DNA of 64,000 nucleotides from Escherichia coli (GTDB lineage Bacteria; Pseudomonadota; Gammaproteobacteria; Enterobacterales; Enterobacteriaceae): NCBI RefSeq assembly GCF_044324875.1, contig NZ_CP172185.1; one strand, 5' to 3'. Shown piece by piece: positions 61,925 to 64,000 of this stretch (position 1 is its first letter; each line of letters starts with the position of its first letter). The notes under the pieces were generated by a model. It saw only the letters and a program-made list of their open reading frames with translations, ran no database searches and was not told where the DNA came from. The position numbers and the translations under genes were made by a program.

Positions 61925-62503
61925 ATGAAAATATCCCTTCTTTTTTCCGCGCTGTCTGCCTGTGTGTTGCTGGCGGGGTGCCAGAGTCCGCAAAAACTGC
62001 AGCAGAGGGCGGCTGCCGTCCCGGTACCGTCGGTGACAGTCAGCAACAATGTCCGTCCGGCAAATCCGGATGTGTACGCCGGTGCGGCGACACCGGAGGT
62101 GGTGCGTTATGACCGCTATCTGCTGGTTAACACGGCACCGGATACGGTACAGCGTGACCCGCTTTCCCAGGTGATTGACATCCGCATTCCGGCATCACTG
62201 AAGCCGACGGTGGCGGATGCGATGCGTTATGCCCTGAAACAGTCCGGCTACACACTCTGCGCCACGGGGCCTGCCAACGGTGTGCTCTACCGTCAGCCGC
62301 TACCGGCCGTGCAGTACCAGACCGGGCCGGTCAGACTGCGGAGCGCGCTGCAGATGATGGCGGGGCCGGCATGGCAGCTTGAGGTGGATGATGTGCAGCG
62401 CGTGGTCTGTCACAGTCTGCGTGAGGGTTATCAGTTACCGGCACGCCAGCTGGCGCCGGTACCGGCGGTGGTGAAGGTATCCGGTGCGGAGCAGAAAAAA
62501 TGA
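61925..62503 (+). CDS. pilL: PilL lipoprotein of ICE type IV (R64-like thin) pilus cluster
   Basis: lipobox LLAGC; position as first gene of pil cluster in SPI-7-like ICEs. Confidence 0.6.
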   Translation: MKISLLFSALSACVLLAGCQSPQKLQQRAAAVPVPSVTVSNNVRPANPDVYAGAATPEVVRYDRYLLVNTAPDTVQRDPLSQVIDIRIPASLKPTVADAMRYALKQSGYTLCATGPANGVLYRQPLPAVQYQTGPVRLRSALQMMAGPAWQLEVDDVQRVVCHSLREGYQLPARQLAPVPAVVKVSGAEQKK

Positions 62504-63279
62504 GTGAAAAGCAACAGGAGATATCAGCCGCTGCAGGTGGTTCAGGTGGCACCACACCGTCAGGAAGGGTGAAACGGCGTCCCTCTCCCGGTCTGTTCGC
62601 AGGGCTGGTGACGGTGGTGATGATGGCGATCGCGGTTGCCGGTCTGGTTCGTTATACGGGAGAGCAGGACAGGCGAATGACTGCGCTGGCGGTGCAGATG
62701 AAGGCGTATTCTGATGCGCTCGCCTTGTCCGGAACGGAACTGGTACCACTGAGGGAGAGGCTGGCTGAGACCGAAAAACAGCTGAAGAGTGTGGCGGAAC
62801 GTATTTCTCAGCTGGAAAAGCGTCCTGCACTGACGGAGGAAGAGCATGCGCGTACGGGAGAGATGGCCGCCAGCCTGGCATCACTGCAGACCTCACTGGC
62901 GCAACAGGGAGAAACGCTTCGCACGTATGAGCAGCGACTGGAGAAGGTGGAGAAGACTTCAGTCACCCCGGTATCACCGTCATCTGCGAAAGGCGCGGGC
63001 GGGACGATGAAGGGCACAGCGGCGGTTGCGCCACAGAAGAAACGAATGTCTGCCGGCGTGCCGGTGGTCAGTCGTACCGCGCCGTTTGTTCTGACCGGGA
63101 CAGAGCAGCGGGGAGGCCGTACGTATGCGGCAGTGGCCCCCCGTGGATTCAGCAGTCTTGCTGATGTGACGTTACTGGGTGAAGGGGAGAGCACGACAGG
63201 CTGGGTGCTTGAGCGTGCAGGACGTGGCGAGGCCACGTTCCGGGTGAATGGTCGTCAGGTCCGGGTCATGGTGGAGTGA
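62500..63279 (+). CDS. pil-cluster membrane-anchored coiled-coil protein (hypothetical)
   Basis: 259-aa ORF with one TM helix and coiled coil. Confidence 0.45.
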   Translation: MSEKQQEISAAAGGSGGTTPSGRVKRRPSPGLFAGLVTVVMMAIAVAGLVRYTGEQDRRMTALAVQMKAYSDALALSGTELVPLRERLAETEKQLKSVAERISQLEKRPALTEEEHARTGEMAASLASLQTSLAQQGETLRTYEQRLEKVEKTSVTPVSPSSAKGAGGTMKGTAAVAPQKKRMSAGVPVVSRTAPFVLTGTEQRGGRTYAAVAPRGFSSLADVTLLGEGESTTGWVLERAGRGEATFRVNGRQVRVMVE

Positions 63280-63283
63280 GAAA

Positions 63284-64000
63284 ATGAAGCTGAAAAGTCT
63301 GTCACTGGCGCTCATGCTGCTGTCCCTGCAGGCGATGGCCGCCGTACAGGAGAGTACGCAGCAGGGAACGCGCACCTCCTCATCCTCTCAGGTCAGTACC
63401 ACCACACAGGAACTGCAGCAGCAGGCCGGGCAGTGGGGACTCAGTGAGGAAGATTACCGGCGTTACCGTACCCTGATGGAAGGTCCCCGCGGTATTCAGT
63501 CTCCGGGGCTGGACCCGCTGACGGTACTGGGGATTGAAGCGCGGACGGATGCAGAGCGCAGGGTGCTGGCCGAAAAATGGGTTAAAGCTGAGTATGAACG
63601 CACTGAGAAGGAACTGGCTTTCCAGCGTGAAGTGAATGCCGCCTGGAAACGGTTGTATCCGGGGGTGATGCCGGTCAGCCTGGGGAATTCTGCCGGCATC
63701 GCCCGTGACACCGGGGGACGTCTTGCCCTGTTTGTCAGGTCGAAAGACTGCAGTACCTGTGATGCGCGGCTGGCCGCCGTGCTTTCATCCGGTCGTCAGG
63801 TGGATATTTACCTGGTCGACAGTCAGGGAAATGATGAAAAGCTGAGGCAGTGGGCCCGGGAGCACAGTATCCCGGCAGACCGTGTGCGCAGTCGCCACAT
63901 CACGCTGAACCATGACGGCGGTCGCTGGCTGCGGTTTGGGGAGGGGAGAATGCCGGTGGTACTTCAGCAGGGGGCTGACGGATGGCGCGTGGCAGCCTTC
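63284..64000 (+). CDS. secreted ICE protein, 3'-partial at window edge
   Basis: open frame from ATG 63284 to the window end with signal peptide MKLKSLSLALMLLSLQAMAA; not in the ORF table because no stop lies inside the window. Confidence 0.5.
   Translation, partial: MKLKSLSLALMLLSLQAMAAVQESTQQGTRTSSSSQVSTTTQELQQQAGQWGLSEEDYRRYRTLMEGPRGIQSPGLDPLTVLGIEARTDAERRVLAEKWVKAEYERTEKELAFQREVNAAWKRLYPGVMPVSLGNSAGIARDTGGRLALFVRSKDCSTCDARLAAVLSSGRQVDIYLVDSQGNDEKLRQWAREHSIPADRVRSRHITLNHDGGRWLRFGEGRMPVVLQQGADGWRVAAF

Overview
This window reads as mosaic Enterobacteriaceae (E. coli-like) accessory DNA: a stack of islands at a tRNA-Phe attachment site. All calls come from reading the ORF translations and DNA motifs by eye; no database search was run. 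Left part (1-44.3 kb): P4/CP4-57-like remnants (several YagK/YfjJ-type paralogs, a DUF3987 P-loop protein, an AlpA-type regulator, a frameshifted SF1 helicase with ankyrin repeats, an Rpn nuclease), an intact IS629-like IS3 element, an intact IS66-family element inserted into an lsrK remnant, an intact IS21-family element and several IS fragments. It also carries an orphan sitA with MntR and Fur boxes next to a truncated sitB, a low-GC PTS(ascorbate-type)-kinase-aldolase cassette, a PepT-like peptidase with a DppA-like binding protein, and a co-directional block containing a three-gene dynamin-like GTPase cluster (LeoC/LeoB/LeoA-like) about 3 kb from a P4-type tyrosine integrase. A 53-nt tRNA-Phe 3' fragment at 44458-44510 marks the junction. 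Right part (44.5-64 kb): the conserved left end of an SPI-7/PAPI-1-family integrative conjugative element (parA, dnaB-like, parB-like, replication proteins, a 36-bp iteron array, topB, ssb, pilL), with an Rpn-family gene inserted after ssb. The best candidates for an undescribed system are the Zn-ribbon plus dynamin-like GTPase block with its small membrane and secreted neighbours, and the frameshifted helicase with a possible toxin-like N-terminus; neither can be confirmed as novel from sequence alone.
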